Shown: piece by piece, positions 1 to 9,638 of the stretch
Layout: the number at the start of each line of letters is the position of its first letter
Numbering within the stretch: position 1 is the first letter of the stretch
Virus record (IMG/VR): IMGVR_UViG_3300030616_000820
Length of the DNA: 54,602 nt
Origin: an uncultured virus (IMG/VR IMGVR_UViG_3300030616_000820)
Lineage: Duplodnaviria > Heunggongvirae > Uroviricota > Caudoviricetes
Direction: 5' to 3' (one strand)
Notes under the pieces: model-generated
What the model saw: only the letters and a program-made list of their open reading frames with translations
Databases searched by the model: none
Told to the model about the DNA's origin: nothing
Translations under genes and position numbers: made by a program

Positions 1-1
1 A

Positions 2-307
2 CTTGCAGAATTTGATTTACTGTTAAATAGTAAATTTAAAAGTGAAATAGATAAATATTTTTTTAACATTATTGATTTTAAATTTAAAAAAGATTTTGTT
101 TATCCAAATTTTATGAATCAGTATCCTAAGAGTAATAATCAATACAAAAAGTATTGTAAAGACATGCATGTATCTAGCAGAATTGTTAAAAGAGAGTTTG
201 CCAAATTAATAGAGCTTTTAGAAACTAAAAAAGAACCAGAAAAACAAAAACCTATTAAAAATAACAAAAATAATTTAAACTCACAAAACATATTTGATTT
301 TGTGTGA
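2..307 (+). CDS. Hypothetical protein, 3' part; probably continues from 54499..54602 across the circular junction (about 136 aa total)
   Basis: Frame is open from base 2 to the stop at 307; terminal 'gc' plus first base 'a' gives GCA in frame. Confidence 0.6.
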   Translation, partial: LAEFDLLLNSKFKSEIDKYFFNIIDFKFKKDFVYPNFMNQYPKSNNQYKKYCKDMHVSSRIVKREFAKLIELLETKKEPEKQKPIKNNKNNLNSQNIFDFV

Positions 308-313
308 GAAGAG

Positions 314-721
314 ATGGGCAAACTTAAAGATATGTTTGGCGGTCAAATAAAAGAATACAGTAAACATAGAAAGAAAAAGAAATGGGAAAAAACAGAACCT
401 AAGTTTATTAATTTTGATATAACATTAAAACAAATTAAAGAGAATGGATTGCTTAGATATGATTTGATGGTTACTAATTTATTAGATATTAAAGATAGAA
501 GAAGTATTAGTACGAAAGCAGTAGAAACAAACGAAAAAGGATTAATTACAAAAATATTATGTCCTTTTTGTGGTAAAGAATTGAAATTAAATAGGCATTG
601 GCATGCATACTTTTGTACAAACAAAGAAAAAAAAATATTGGAAATTACAGATATAAGATATGATAAACCAAAAGAAATAAAGGAAATTAAGGAGGATGAA
701 ATGTATAGCTTACAACTATAG
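314..721 (+). CDS. Hypothetical basic protein with possible Zn-ribbon
   Basis: CPFC...HAYFC motif; purine-rich RBS upstream. Confidence 0.6.
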   Translation: MGKLKDMFGGQIKEYSKHRKKKKWEKTEPKFINFDITLKQIKENGLLRYDLMVTNLLDIKDRRSISTKAVETNEKGLITKILCPFCGKELKLNRHWHAYFCTNKEKKILEITDIRYDKPKEIKEIKEDEMYSLQL

Positions 722-850
722 ACAATCTCAGCATCAAGTAAATCCGTCCTTCTAGTTATAGTTTAAACCTTTGGTATTAAACTTCCTCAAAAATTAACGA
801 ATTAGGTGGTCTTGAGTTAGTTGGGATTGGTAGCTATTGTAAATATATAC

Positions 851-960
851 ATTTCAATTTTCCATTTCTCCAACTAGGTGTAAAAATGGATTACTTCTGT
901 TAAAATTCCATTTTTCCATTTTTCCACTATATACCCCTAGTTTTTATATAATAATATAGT
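851..960 (+). repeat. About 100-bp dispersed repeat, copy 1, with TTTTCCA iteron-like units; candidate replication origin
   Basis: Aligns with 48193..48300; lies immediately upstream of the helicase-like gene. Confidence 0.65.
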
Positions 961-984
961 ATATAGTATAGTGGTGTAGGAACA

Positions 985-2364
985 ATGAAGGAGAACCCTT
1001 ATGGTAATATAGAGATAGTAAGAAGAGACTTTATAGAAAAATTAACACAAGAACTAAGATTTTTATTTAAAGGTGTATCACCGACTTGGGCAGAAACTTG
1101 TGCAAGAACAACATTAGGAACCATATTAGATAAAGTTAAAATTGCATATGCAGGTAAACCTTTATCTGTAAATCAGTTTAACCTTTGTATTGGCCCACCA
1201 GGTGTAATAAAAACATTACCTTTAGAGTTTTGTAGGGAAATTATAAGTAGAGTAGACCAGAAAACAAAATATGATTATCTTTTGCCATCTAAATTTACAT
1301 CTCCTTCTATGATACAACATTTATCTGAACTTAGAAAAGACAGTCCTAAATGGCCCAAAAAATACAAACATAATCATGGAACTATTTTTAGGGATGAATT
1401 TACAGCACTTTTTAAACAGGCAAGAGAAGTAGAATATATGTCAGATATGTTAGAATTTTTATCTGAACTATATGATGGGTCTGTCCAAAAGAAACGAACT
1501 GTTGAAAGAGGAGTAGAAGAGGCACCAGTTGTAAATGTTAATTTACTTAGTGCGACAACCTATGACTTTTTATCCAAAGTTGATGATGACTTTTTTACTC
1601 AAGGAACAGGAACTAGATTTTTGTATACAGTAATTGATTTTGATGATATTGAAATTAAAAAGTTTGAAAGGAAACACTTCTTAGGTAAAGTAATAGAAGA
1701 AAGAGACCAGCTAATTAATACCTATGCAGATTGGCTTGCACAATTAAGTAAAGCAAAGGAATTAACTACTTTATTTTTAGAACATAAAGCATATATGAAA
1801 TGGAATGATTATTATGTTAATAACAGGAAGAAATGGATGTCTTTGGGTAAAAAAGACCCTATGGGATGGGAGTATCCTTATTTGGTAAGAATGCCAGAAT
1901 ATGTTTTAAAACTTGCAGGTATTTATTCAGTTAGTAAAAATATAGATAAAATAATAAGAGCACATGATAAGAAGAAAGAAAAATATCTAAAAGATTTTTC
2001 TGTAAACATATCAGATATAAATAGAGCAATTAAAAAGGTAGAAGAACATATTAATAATTTTAGAAAGCTAGTTCATTTAAGAAGAACAATAGTTGGTAAG
2101 TGGAAACCCAAATCACATACACAATGCGTTAATACGGTAACTGAAGTTTTAAAAACTTTTCCTAATAAAATGGCTAATTATAGTCAGTGGTATGCTATAC
2201 AAACAGTATGCAGCAGTCAAACAACCTTCCAGAAATATAAGTTGACAGCCATAGCTACAAAGAAAGTTAAAGAAGTAGATAAAACAACCATAAAAGATGA
2301 AAAAGAACGCAAAAGGCTTAATGCAAACAAACCAGCAACGAAAATTTATCAAGCATTATATTAG
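985..2364 (+). CDS. DUF3987/YfjI-like (MCM-related AAA+) putative replicative helicase
   Basis: Walker A-like IGPPGVIKT, Walker B TIFRDEF, LSELYDG...KRT, VNLLSATT, GTGTRFLY (Arg-finger-like). Confidence 0.7.
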   Translation: MKENPYGNIEIVRRDFIEKLTQELRFLFKGVSPTWAETCARTTLGTILDKVKIAYAGKPLSVNQFNLCIGPPGVIKTLPLEFCREIISRVDQKTKYDYLLPSKFTSPSMIQHLSELRKDSPKWPKKYKHNHGTIFRDEFTALFKQAREVEYMSDMLEFLSELYDGSVQKKRTVERGVEEAPVVNVNLLSATTYDFLSKVDDDFFTQGTGTRFLYTVIDFDDIEIKKFERKHFLGKVIEERDQLINTYADWLAQLSKAKELTTLFLEHKAYMKWNDYYVNNRKKWMSLGKKDPMGWEYPYLVRMPEYVLKLAGIYSVSKNIDKIIRAHDKKKEKYLKDFSVNISDINRAIKKVEEHINNFRKLVHLRRTIVGKWKPKSHTQCVNTVTEVLKTFPNKMANYSQWYAIQTVCSSQTTFQKYKLTAIATKKVKEVDKTTIKDEKERKRLNANKPATKIYQALY

Positions 2365-2686
2365 TAATTATCTTTTTGTAGTTGTTGTACTCTAGATTAT
2401 GATAATCAAAATGTTATTCCAAAGAATAAAGAAACTTAATATGGGTATAGGGGGGTATATTTTATACTGGTTATAAACCATATTATTCATATTTTATTTT
2501 TATTTGGTTTTGAGGTTTTGTTTTTTAAAAAATAATTTCATATTAACCTTCTTTTTTGGTTGTTATTTTTTATTTTCTGGTTGTTAATTTTTGTTATTAA
2601 CAGATAAAAATTAAAATTTTTTTGTCTTATATACTAATAGGAAATCATATATTATTACACCTTTTTATTATTATTTCAATCTTCTT

Positions 2687-2745
2687 TTAACAGGAATGTT
2701 ATATAAAAAATAACAATGCTTTTTTTTCAAATAAGTTTTTATACT
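2687..2745 (+). promoter_or_regulatory. Class-B promoter region (TTAACAGGAA, TATATAAAAAATAACAA, AAGTTTTTATACT)
   Basis: Same motifs recur at 14376..14455 and 41574..41678, each ahead of a structural or membrane operon. Confidence 0.55.
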
Positions 2746-2817
2746 ATTTAAAAACATATTAAGATGTTTAGATGTATTTAACGAGGTTGGTAGAGGAACC
2801 TATGTATATTAGGAGAT

Positions 2818-5800
2818 GTGTTTATGGCTTATAAAGATGTATATTCTAAAATAGAATCTCAACAGCAAAGGATAAAGTCTGGAGTATCCCAATTACAACA
2901 GGCTAAAAAGCCTTCTAAAGCAAAGGATTATATTGCATATAAAAGGGCAATGATTAGAGATAAAAAATTTAGAACACAAGAAAAGAAAAGAAAGGCAAAA
3001 ATAGAAAAGGAAATTAAAAAATTAAAGGAAGCAGGAAAAGAACTTTCTGAACATAAGGAAAAAATTGCCGAATATGAAAAGAAAGGATATAAAATAAAAG
3101 AAACAGATGAAGGTGGATATTCTTTTTCTAGAAAGGTAGGAACTGGTGGAACAACTAAAACAACTAGAACTGTAACAAGAAAAATAGCTCCAGATTATTC
3201 AAAAAAATTAAAACAGATAGAAAGTTTAGAAAAATCTATAAATGCTACAAATAATATTAGAAATAGCATAAACAAATCAATTAAAAATTTTGAAATGGCA
3301 AGAAGAGGGGCAAGAGGAAAAGCAAAAGAACACATAGAAAGTCAGTTATCAATGTTAAAACATCAAAAGAGTGTGTTGAATAAACAGATAAATGCAATGA
3401 CCAAAGCAAAAAATTCAATAAAATTAACTATTCCATCTGAAGCAAAAAAAGTAGTAAAAGCATATGAAACAGTAACAGAACAACTTGAATCACCTGTTTT
3501 TCAACAATTAGAAAATCTTCCTGAAGGGCATTTTTTACAAAAATCTCCATTGGTAGAAATTAAAAAAAGGTTGGAACAAACACAAGAAAGTCTTGGCAAA
3601 CAAATATCATCAAGAAATTTGTATTTAGTTTCTGAAGGCATAACACCTGAATATTATAAGGAAGCTGGAACTATAATATTTCCTGAACAGGAAATAGAAG
3701 GATTTAAAGATATAACTATACCAGGAGAAACTTTTAAGACCGAAGAACAGACATATCAAGATATAGTTAAATGGTATCAACAACGACCAGAACAAGTAAG
3801 ACTTGCATTAAAACAAAAATATGAAGAAACAGAAAAAATACCAGAAGGATATAGAGAATTGGTTGAATTTGAAACTTCTACTCTTGGTCCTGAAGATAGA
3901 AAATTATATGAAAAATTTACAGAGCCAGAAAAAGAACAATTAAAATCTGCATATGAAGAAAGTATGTTTAAAACTCAGATATTACAACAACAACCTGGTG
4001 GTTGGGAATATCCTGAAACTTCATCTGTATCAAGAAGTTATACATCAATTACTCCAAAGGCAAAAGGCGATTTTCCCTTTGAAAAAACTTGGAAAGAAAT
4101 TGCACCAAAACATTATCCAAAAATAGAAGTATCTGTTCCTAAAGGTGCTGCATATAGTACTGAAAAAGGTGTTTATTATCCAATGCCTACAAGTTCACCA
4201 GTTATTGCAATACCAGAGAAAAAAACAGAGTCAAAAAATATTTTTGAATTAACAGGTGAAGGAGTAGAAACAGGAATTAAAAACATAACAACAGGATTTG
4301 ACAAAGCAATGGAAAAAGCAAGTAAAAGTTCTTTTATTAGTCCTGTTGGTAAAATAACTGCAGAAATTACAGGGGAAACAGTAAAAAAAGTTGGAGAAAT
4401 ACAAGGAGAAGGAATAAAACAATTAGGTAAAAAAACAGGAGATTGGCTTGAATTTCAAAAGGGAACAGTAGATAAAATATCAGATTATTTTTCAGAAAGC
4501 AGAAAATCAATGTTAGCACATCAATTTAAATATGACCCATTTTTTCCAAAAGATGAAGACAAATTAAGAAACGAAATAGCTATAGGAACAACAGATACAG
4601 GAGTTGATATATATCTTGCTAGAGGAACACCTGAAACAGTTTTAGATAAAGGATGGTCTCCAATACCAGAATTAGAAAGAAAACCAATTTTAGAAAGTGC
4701 AAAACAAACGATTGAAGGAACAAAAGACGAAAAAGGATTGTATGATTATAAAAAAGAAGTTGACAGAAACATAAAAGATATAGACTATCAAATTAAAAAA
4801 GCAGAAAAATCACCAAGAAACGAATATATTGTTAATGACCGAAGATTAACTAAACAACAATTATTAGAATATTTAAAAAATCAAAGGTCAAATTTAAAAG
4901 ATATATCAAATACATATCAAACACAAATCAATGAAATAAAAAAAATTATTGAAAGAACAAGTAAAGGAAAAGGTAAAAAATTAAAATCTGAAGGAAATGT
5001 TGTTATATATACAAAAGAACCAAGCCCAGAAGAAGAAGCAATAAAAACATTAAAAAAACAATCAAAAGACAATTGGTTAGCAGGACTTGCAACTTGGGTA
5101 TCTAGTGGATATACAGCTACAGGAATAATGGAAGACCCATTTAATATTAAGTCAACAGGACAAGTAGCAACAGGTTTGTTTAAAGGAACATTGAAAGAAG
5201 GACCAATAATGGGATTAACAGGTAAAGAAGCACATAAAGGAATAGAAGAGGCTTGGAGAACCAAAGCAAAAATTTATGCTTCAACATATGACCCAACATA
5301 TAAAGAATATGAATATAGAAGAGTTCATCCCATGCAAGCAGCACCAGGAAAGTTTTTTAGTGGTGCATCTGGAATTGTTGCATCTCCTATAATAATACCA
5401 CAAATGGTAATTAAATATGCAAAAGGTAAAGGTAGTTTAACTGATGTAATGGGTAGAATAGAAACAGGAGAAACCATTGGTCCAGATGTTGGTGAATCGC
5501 TTTATAAAACAAGCCCAGGTGGAGCAAAAGGGGCAATTACAACAGTAGCAAGTGAATTAATAACTGGCGGAGAATCACCAATGTTGGAAAAAGCACAGGA
5601 AGACCCTAGAGGCTTTGCTTTTGAAACAGGTGGAGAAATTGCAGGTTTATATGCATTATCATATGGTGCAAGTGCTCTTGGTGAGAAATTTCCAAAGGCA
5701 TCTAGTGTATATATGAAATATAGACCATCTGCAATGGCAACAAAAGGACTTAAATCATCAATTGTTAAAGGATTCAGGTATCCATCTTTAAAAGGAATTA

Positions 5801-8800
5801 GCCAAAGGTCGCTTACAGGATTATCAAAAGTCGCAAGTAAAGTAAAAACAAGCAAATGGATGGGTAAACCATTTACAAGAACTTTTGGCAAAGAAACAGT
5901 AATAAAAACAAGGTGGGCATCTACCTTTGGAGAAAAAGCCACAGAATACCCAATTTTAACAAGGGCAAGAGGATTCATCAGTAAACATCCATCTTTATCT
6001 AAAGCATTTACAAAAGCACAAGAACTACCAAGGCGAGCAACAAAACTTGGTGAATTAGAAATGTTTCCACGTTCACCTTTTGGAATTAAACCATTAATAA
6101 GAAAAACACCAAGTATTTATGGTAAATTACAAGAAATGACAGGTGGTGCTTTTACAACATTTGGTAAAAAAGCAATGCAAATTAAATCTAAACAATTAAC
6201 AGAAAATTTAGTTAAATTAACTAAAAAATTAGATAAAGTAAAATCTGTAAAAAGTAGTCTTGGGGCAAACCCTACAAACAACCAAATAGTTAGTGCAATA
6301 AAAAAGATATTTAAAGATAAAAAATTGGCTAGCGAAGTTTCAAATCAATTAAAACAAGGGAAAATAACAAAAGAAGGAGCAATGAAAATAATAGATAACG
6401 CAGCAAAATATTTAGATGATGAAATAAAAGCAATTAGATTTGTACAAAAAAAAGGAGGATTGCCAAAGTATGACCAACCTTGGTACAAATATTCTATGAC
6501 AACACCACAAAAAGTAATGAAATGGGCAAAGGGAGAATATAATATACCTCAATTAAGAGAAGCAATGTTTGGTTCAGAAATTCTTCCAGAAGAAACAATA
6601 GTGTACCAAGGTGAAGGACAATATCCAATAATGTCAGATTTAGGTGTTGGATATGAAAAATTATATGAATATGGTGGTCTTCATGCAACAGTTTCTCCGT
6701 CTACACATGTATATAAAGTAGTTGGCACAATAGATGATTTATTAAAACAGACATTTAAAAGAACTAAGACATCCCCAAAAATATCTGATGCATTAAAAAC
6801 AGGTAATTCTGTTGATGATGTCCTTTTGGAAAATTTAAGAGCAAATCCAAATCTTGTTTATGGTGGTTCTAAAGCAATGAAAATGATGGCCAAATGGAAT
6901 ATCGCCAAAGCAAAAAAATTTTTTGGTAAAACAGTAGATGATGATTTAATTGTAATGGGTGGGTATAGAGAAACAGAAAGGATAACAAGAAAAATAGCTT
7001 CCGAACTTACAAAAAAAACAGGTAGAAAATATACTGTTGATACTGCATTTCATGAAGGGACTTGGACAATTAGAAATCCTGCAGGTAAAAGAATTATAGA
7101 TATTACAGCATCAGAAAGTCCATCTGCATCTTTTTTAGGACCTAGCCCAACAACTAGAATTCCTTTAGAAGGATATATAAGAAATGTAAATGGAGTTAAA
7201 GTTGCAGACCCAAGATGGCTTGTTTTAAATGAATTAGAAGTTCAGGCGTTAAGAGGAACAAAACCTCAACTTATAGGTAAAATAAATACATTAGTTAGAA
7301 AATTCAAATCTAAAAAAATTACGTTAAATGAATTTAAAAAACAATTTAATACTATAATTAAAAAAGATATTGAAAAAAGACAGTTACATACTAAAATATA
7401 TACAGGAAAATCTTATCCTGAAATAATTTTTGGTCAAGGCGGTGGAGGTTATTTTGGTTCTACTCCAATAGCAAAACGTGGTTTATTTGAAAAATTTACA
7501 GAGACAGGAAAATCTATGTTTGGGAGAGAGGCTAAAGAATCTATTGTTGGATATTCTTCAAGACTAACAAAATATAATCCTTGGCAATATAGATTAAAGC
7601 ATTATTATCCTGCAAAAGAAGGAATAGGAACTTGGGTTATAAAAAGTGCAAAAGAACCAACAAAATATCAATTTTCTATTCTTAAACCAGGTTGGAAAGC
7701 AAAACCAAGAATACATTATGAACCTTCACCAGGTAGTCTTTTATCCAAAAGCGAAATGAAACTAATTAGAGGAGCATATGATAAAGGTGCTGAAGAAGGT
7801 GCTGTGATGACACATTGGATTTTATCTGAAAGACAAATTTTAGGAAAACCACCTGCAAGAATACCAACAGGTAAAGCATCAGAAATGATAAGAAAAGGAC
7901 AAATACCGATAGAAGCAGAATCAGCACATGGTCTTGGTATTGGATTAAAAAGAGGCATCACACCAGCAACAAAATTACAACTACAAAAATCAGGATTTAA
8001 ACCATTTCAAGAAACAATACCAATAACAAAATTTGAAACATTTGCCAAGAGATGGAAAGATGTTTGGGGTGGTTTTAGAGGATATAAACATTATACAATG
8101 ATTGGTGGAAGAAAAGTTCCTATATTTCCAGAGGAAGCAGTATGGATGGACGAATTAAAAAGAGGACGTCTTTTATTTGACGAAACAACAGGACAACCAC
8201 TACAAATGTCAGATATAAAAACAAGAGGTGCCTTTATTAAAGACATTGGTGCACAACAACCAGTCTTCCCAAAATTCCATCCACCAAAAGGAATAAGTTA
8301 TGCAGAAAGAACAGGAACGGAGACATTTTCACAATTAGCTAAAGAACAAAAATATGCAGAAATGTATTGGAATGTAAGGGAATCACCAGTTGCTTATAGA
8401 GCATCCGTAGCACAAACAAAATATTATCCAGAAAAATATAAAGCCAAAGAATATGAACCTTATGTTTATAAAACACCAGAATATAAAGTTCCAGAATATA
8501 AAATACCTTACAGAAAAATTCCAATTTTTGAACCAGCCTATACATCACCAGAACCATACAAATACGATGAATATGACTATAAAACAGATTATGGTTATAG
8601 AACAGAAGAATATGAAGAACCAAGATATGAACCACCAACTTACACTCCTTATGGTTATGAAGGATTTCATCAAATAAAACCAAAGCCTTTAGTTATAATA
8701 GGACCAAAACAAAAGGAAAAGAAAAAAGAAAAAAGAGTTAAACGAAAGGTTAAAATCAAATATAAAGAAAGAGAATTTGACATACCTTTTGTTTGGACAG

Positions 8801-8895
8801 GACCAAACCCATTTGAAGGATTTGAACTTAAAAAAATAACAGAACCAAAAAAGAAAAAGAATGATGTTAACTACATAAAATATAAGGAGATTTAG
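2818..8895 (+). CDS. Giant 2025-aa basic protein: N-terminal coiled coil, internal Pol-beta-fold nucleotidyltransferase-like domain, Tyr/Pro/Glu-rich C-terminus; possible virion-internal protein
   Basis: LVYGGSKAM...KTVDDDLIV...AFHEGTWTI...IIDIT...VNGVKVADP at about 6841..7260; YKxPEY-type repeats at about 8430..8660. Confidence 0.6.
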   Translation: MFMAYKDVYSKIESQQQRIKSGVSQLQQAKKPSKAKDYIAYKRAMIRDKKFRTQEKKRKAKIEKEIKKLKEAGKELSEHKEKIAEYEKKGYKIKETDEGGYSFSRKVGTGGTTKTTRTVTRKIAPDYSKKLKQIESLEKSINATNNIRNSINKSIKNFEMARRGARGKAKEHIESQLSMLKHQKSVLNKQINAMTKAKNSIKLTIPSEAKKVVKAYETVTEQLESPVFQQLENLPEGHFLQKSPLVEIKKRLEQTQESLGKQISSRNLYLVSEGITPEYYKEAGTIIFPEQEIEGFKDITIPGETFKTEEQTYQDIVKWYQQRPEQVRLALKQKYEETEKIPEGYRELVEFETSTLGPEDRKLYEKFTEPEKEQLKSAYEESMFKTQILQQQPGGWEYPETSSVSRSYTSITPKAKGDFPFEKTWKEIAPKHYPKIEVSVPKGAAYSTEKGVYYPMPTSSPVIAIPEKKTESKNIFELTGEGVETGIKNITTGFDKAMEKASKSSFISPVGKITAEITGETVKKVGEIQGEGIKQLGKKTGDWLEFQKGTVDKISDYFSESRKSMLAHQFKYDPFFPKDEDKLRNEIAIGTTDTGVDIYLARGTPETVLDKGWSPIPELERKPILESAKQTIEGTKDEKGLYDYKKEVDRNIKDIDYQIKKAEKSPRNEYIVNDRRLTKQQLLEYLKNQRSNLKDISNTYQTQINEIKKIIERTSKGKGKKLKSEGNVVIYTKEPSPEEEAIKTLKKQSKDNWLAGLATWVSSGYTATGIMEDPFNIKSTGQVATGLFKGTLKEGPIMGLTGKEAHKGIEEAWRTKAKIYASTYDPTYKEYEYRRVHPMQAAPGKFFSGASGIVASPIIIPQMVIKYAKGKGSLTDVMGRIETGETIGPDVGESLYKTSPGGAKGAITTVASELITGGESPMLEKAQEDPRGFAFETGGEIAGLYALSYGASALGEKFPKASSVYMKYRPSAMATKGLKSSIVKGFRYPSLKGISQRSLTGLSKVASKVKTSKWMGKPFTRTFGKETVIKTRWASTFGEKATEYPILTRARGFISKHPSLSKAFTKAQELPRRATKLGELEMFPRSPFGIKPLIRKTPSIYGKLQEMTGGAFTTFGKKAMQIKSKQLTENLVKLTKKLDKVKSVKSSLGANPTNNQIVSAIKKIFKDKKLASEVSNQLKQGKITKEGAMKIIDNAAKYLDDEIKAIRFVQKKGGLPKYDQPWYKYSMTTPQKVMKWAKGEYNIPQLREAMFGSEILPEETIVYQGEGQYPIMSDLGVGYEKLYEYGGLHATVSPSTHVYKVVGTIDDLLKQTFKRTKTSPKISDALKTGNSVDDVLLENLRANPNLVYGGSKAMKMMAKWNIAKAKKFFGKTVDDDLIVMGGYRETERITRKIASELTKKTGRKYTVDTAFHEGTWTIRNPAGKRIIDITASESPSASFLGPSPTTRIPLEGYIRNVNGVKVADPRWLVLNELEVQALRGTKPQLIGKINTLVRKFKSKKITLNEFKKQFNTIIKKDIEKRQLHTKIYTGKSYPEIIFGQGGGGYFGSTPIAKRGLFEKFTETGKSMFGREAKESIVGYSSRLTKYNPWQYRLKHYYPAKEGIGTWVIKSAKEPTKYQFSILKPGWKAKPRIHYEPSPGSLLSKSEMKLIRGAYDKGAEEGAVMTHWILSERQILGKPPARIPTGKASEMIRKGQIPIEAESAHGLGIGLKRGITPATKLQLQKSGFKPFQETIPITKFETFAKRWKDVWGGFRGYKHYTMIGGRKVPIFPEEAVWMDELKRGRLLFDETTGQPLQMSDIKTRGAFIKDIGAQQPVFPKFHPPKGISYAERTGTETFSQLAKEQKYAEMYWNVRESPVAYRASVAQTKYYPEKYKAKEYEPYVYKTPEYKVPEYKIPYRKIPIFEPAYTSPEPYKYDEYDYKTDYGYRTEEYEEPRYEPPTYTPYGYEGFHQIKPKPLVIIGPKQKEKKKEKRVKRKVKIKYKEREFDIPFVWTGPNPFEGFELKKITEPKKKKNDVNYIKYKEI

Positions 8896-9107
8896 TATGA
8901 ATATAGGACAGACCCTAAAAGCCTTCGTTCCTCACCACCTTCTCTCTTTTAAATCTTAGACTTTTTAGGTCCCTAAAATATTCATATTAATCTCTAAAGG
9001 AGGAAAAAGAATGAATGAAATGTATATTGCAAACAAAAAAAATGGAGCAATAATAGAAAAAGCAGTAGAAAAAAATATGAAAAAATTCATGATTAAGGAG
9101 TGCTAAA

Positions 9108-9326
9108 TTGGATATCATACCTGTTGCAAGGTTTGTATTTTCACTTTGGATATTCGGCATAATGTTTTATATGTTTGATAATGTCCTAACTTTTGTTAGA
9201 GATACATTAAGCACTACAGATAACTTTGCAGGATTTCTTTTACTTATGTGGCTTGCTTTACCACTTATTAATCTATTTATCCAAGGTATTTTATTGTTAA
9301 TGCATGTGCAAAAAAGGAGGGCATAA
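9108..9326 (+). CDS. Small two-TM membrane protein (possible minor virion protein)
   Basis: TTG start after GGAG; two hydrophobic segments; basic tail. Confidence 0.65.
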   Translation: MDIIPVARFVFSLWIFGIMFYMFDNVLTFVRDTLSTTDNFAGFLLLMWLALPLINLFIQGILLLMHVQKRRA

Positions 9327-9329
9327 TAA

Positions 9330-9638
9330 ATGATGAATAAACATATGTTATCAAATTTAATGGGCGTGGTTGTTCTTATGTTTATTATAATAGTTATTTA
9401 TTTAGCATTTGTTGACCCATTAAACCTTCTTTATGATACAATAAAAACAAGTGTTAATGAATCTGGTAATATAACAAACTATACTTTAGTTAACAACCAA
9501 CTTTCCAAATATCCATATATCTTTGGATTTTTTTCTGTATGTTTTGGTGTTGCAATTATAGTTGCATATGTTGCAAATGCCCACCGGCAAGAGTTCGAAG
9601 AATATACTGGAGGCAATGAATATGATGAATACTACTAA
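9330..9638 (+). CDS. Two-TM hairpin protein with sequon-rich loop (MCP-like architecture)
   Basis: Two hydrophobic helices flanking NES/NIT/NYT sequons. Confidence 0.65.
   Translation: MMNKHMLSNLMGVVVLMFIIIVIYLAFVDPLNLLYDTIKTSVNESGNITNYTLVNNQLSKYPYIFGFFSVCFGVAIIVAYVANAHRQEFEEYTGGNEYDEYY

Noticed and set aside
2365..2686. Hidden gene or RNA in the long T-rich intergenic region
   Set aside because: No credible ORF or tRNA-like fold seen; the T-tracts fit termination and promoter sequence
2818..8895. Tailed-phage tape measure protein or virion RNA polymerase
   Set aside because: No terminase, portal, HK97 capsid or tail genes found, and no DxDGD motif seen
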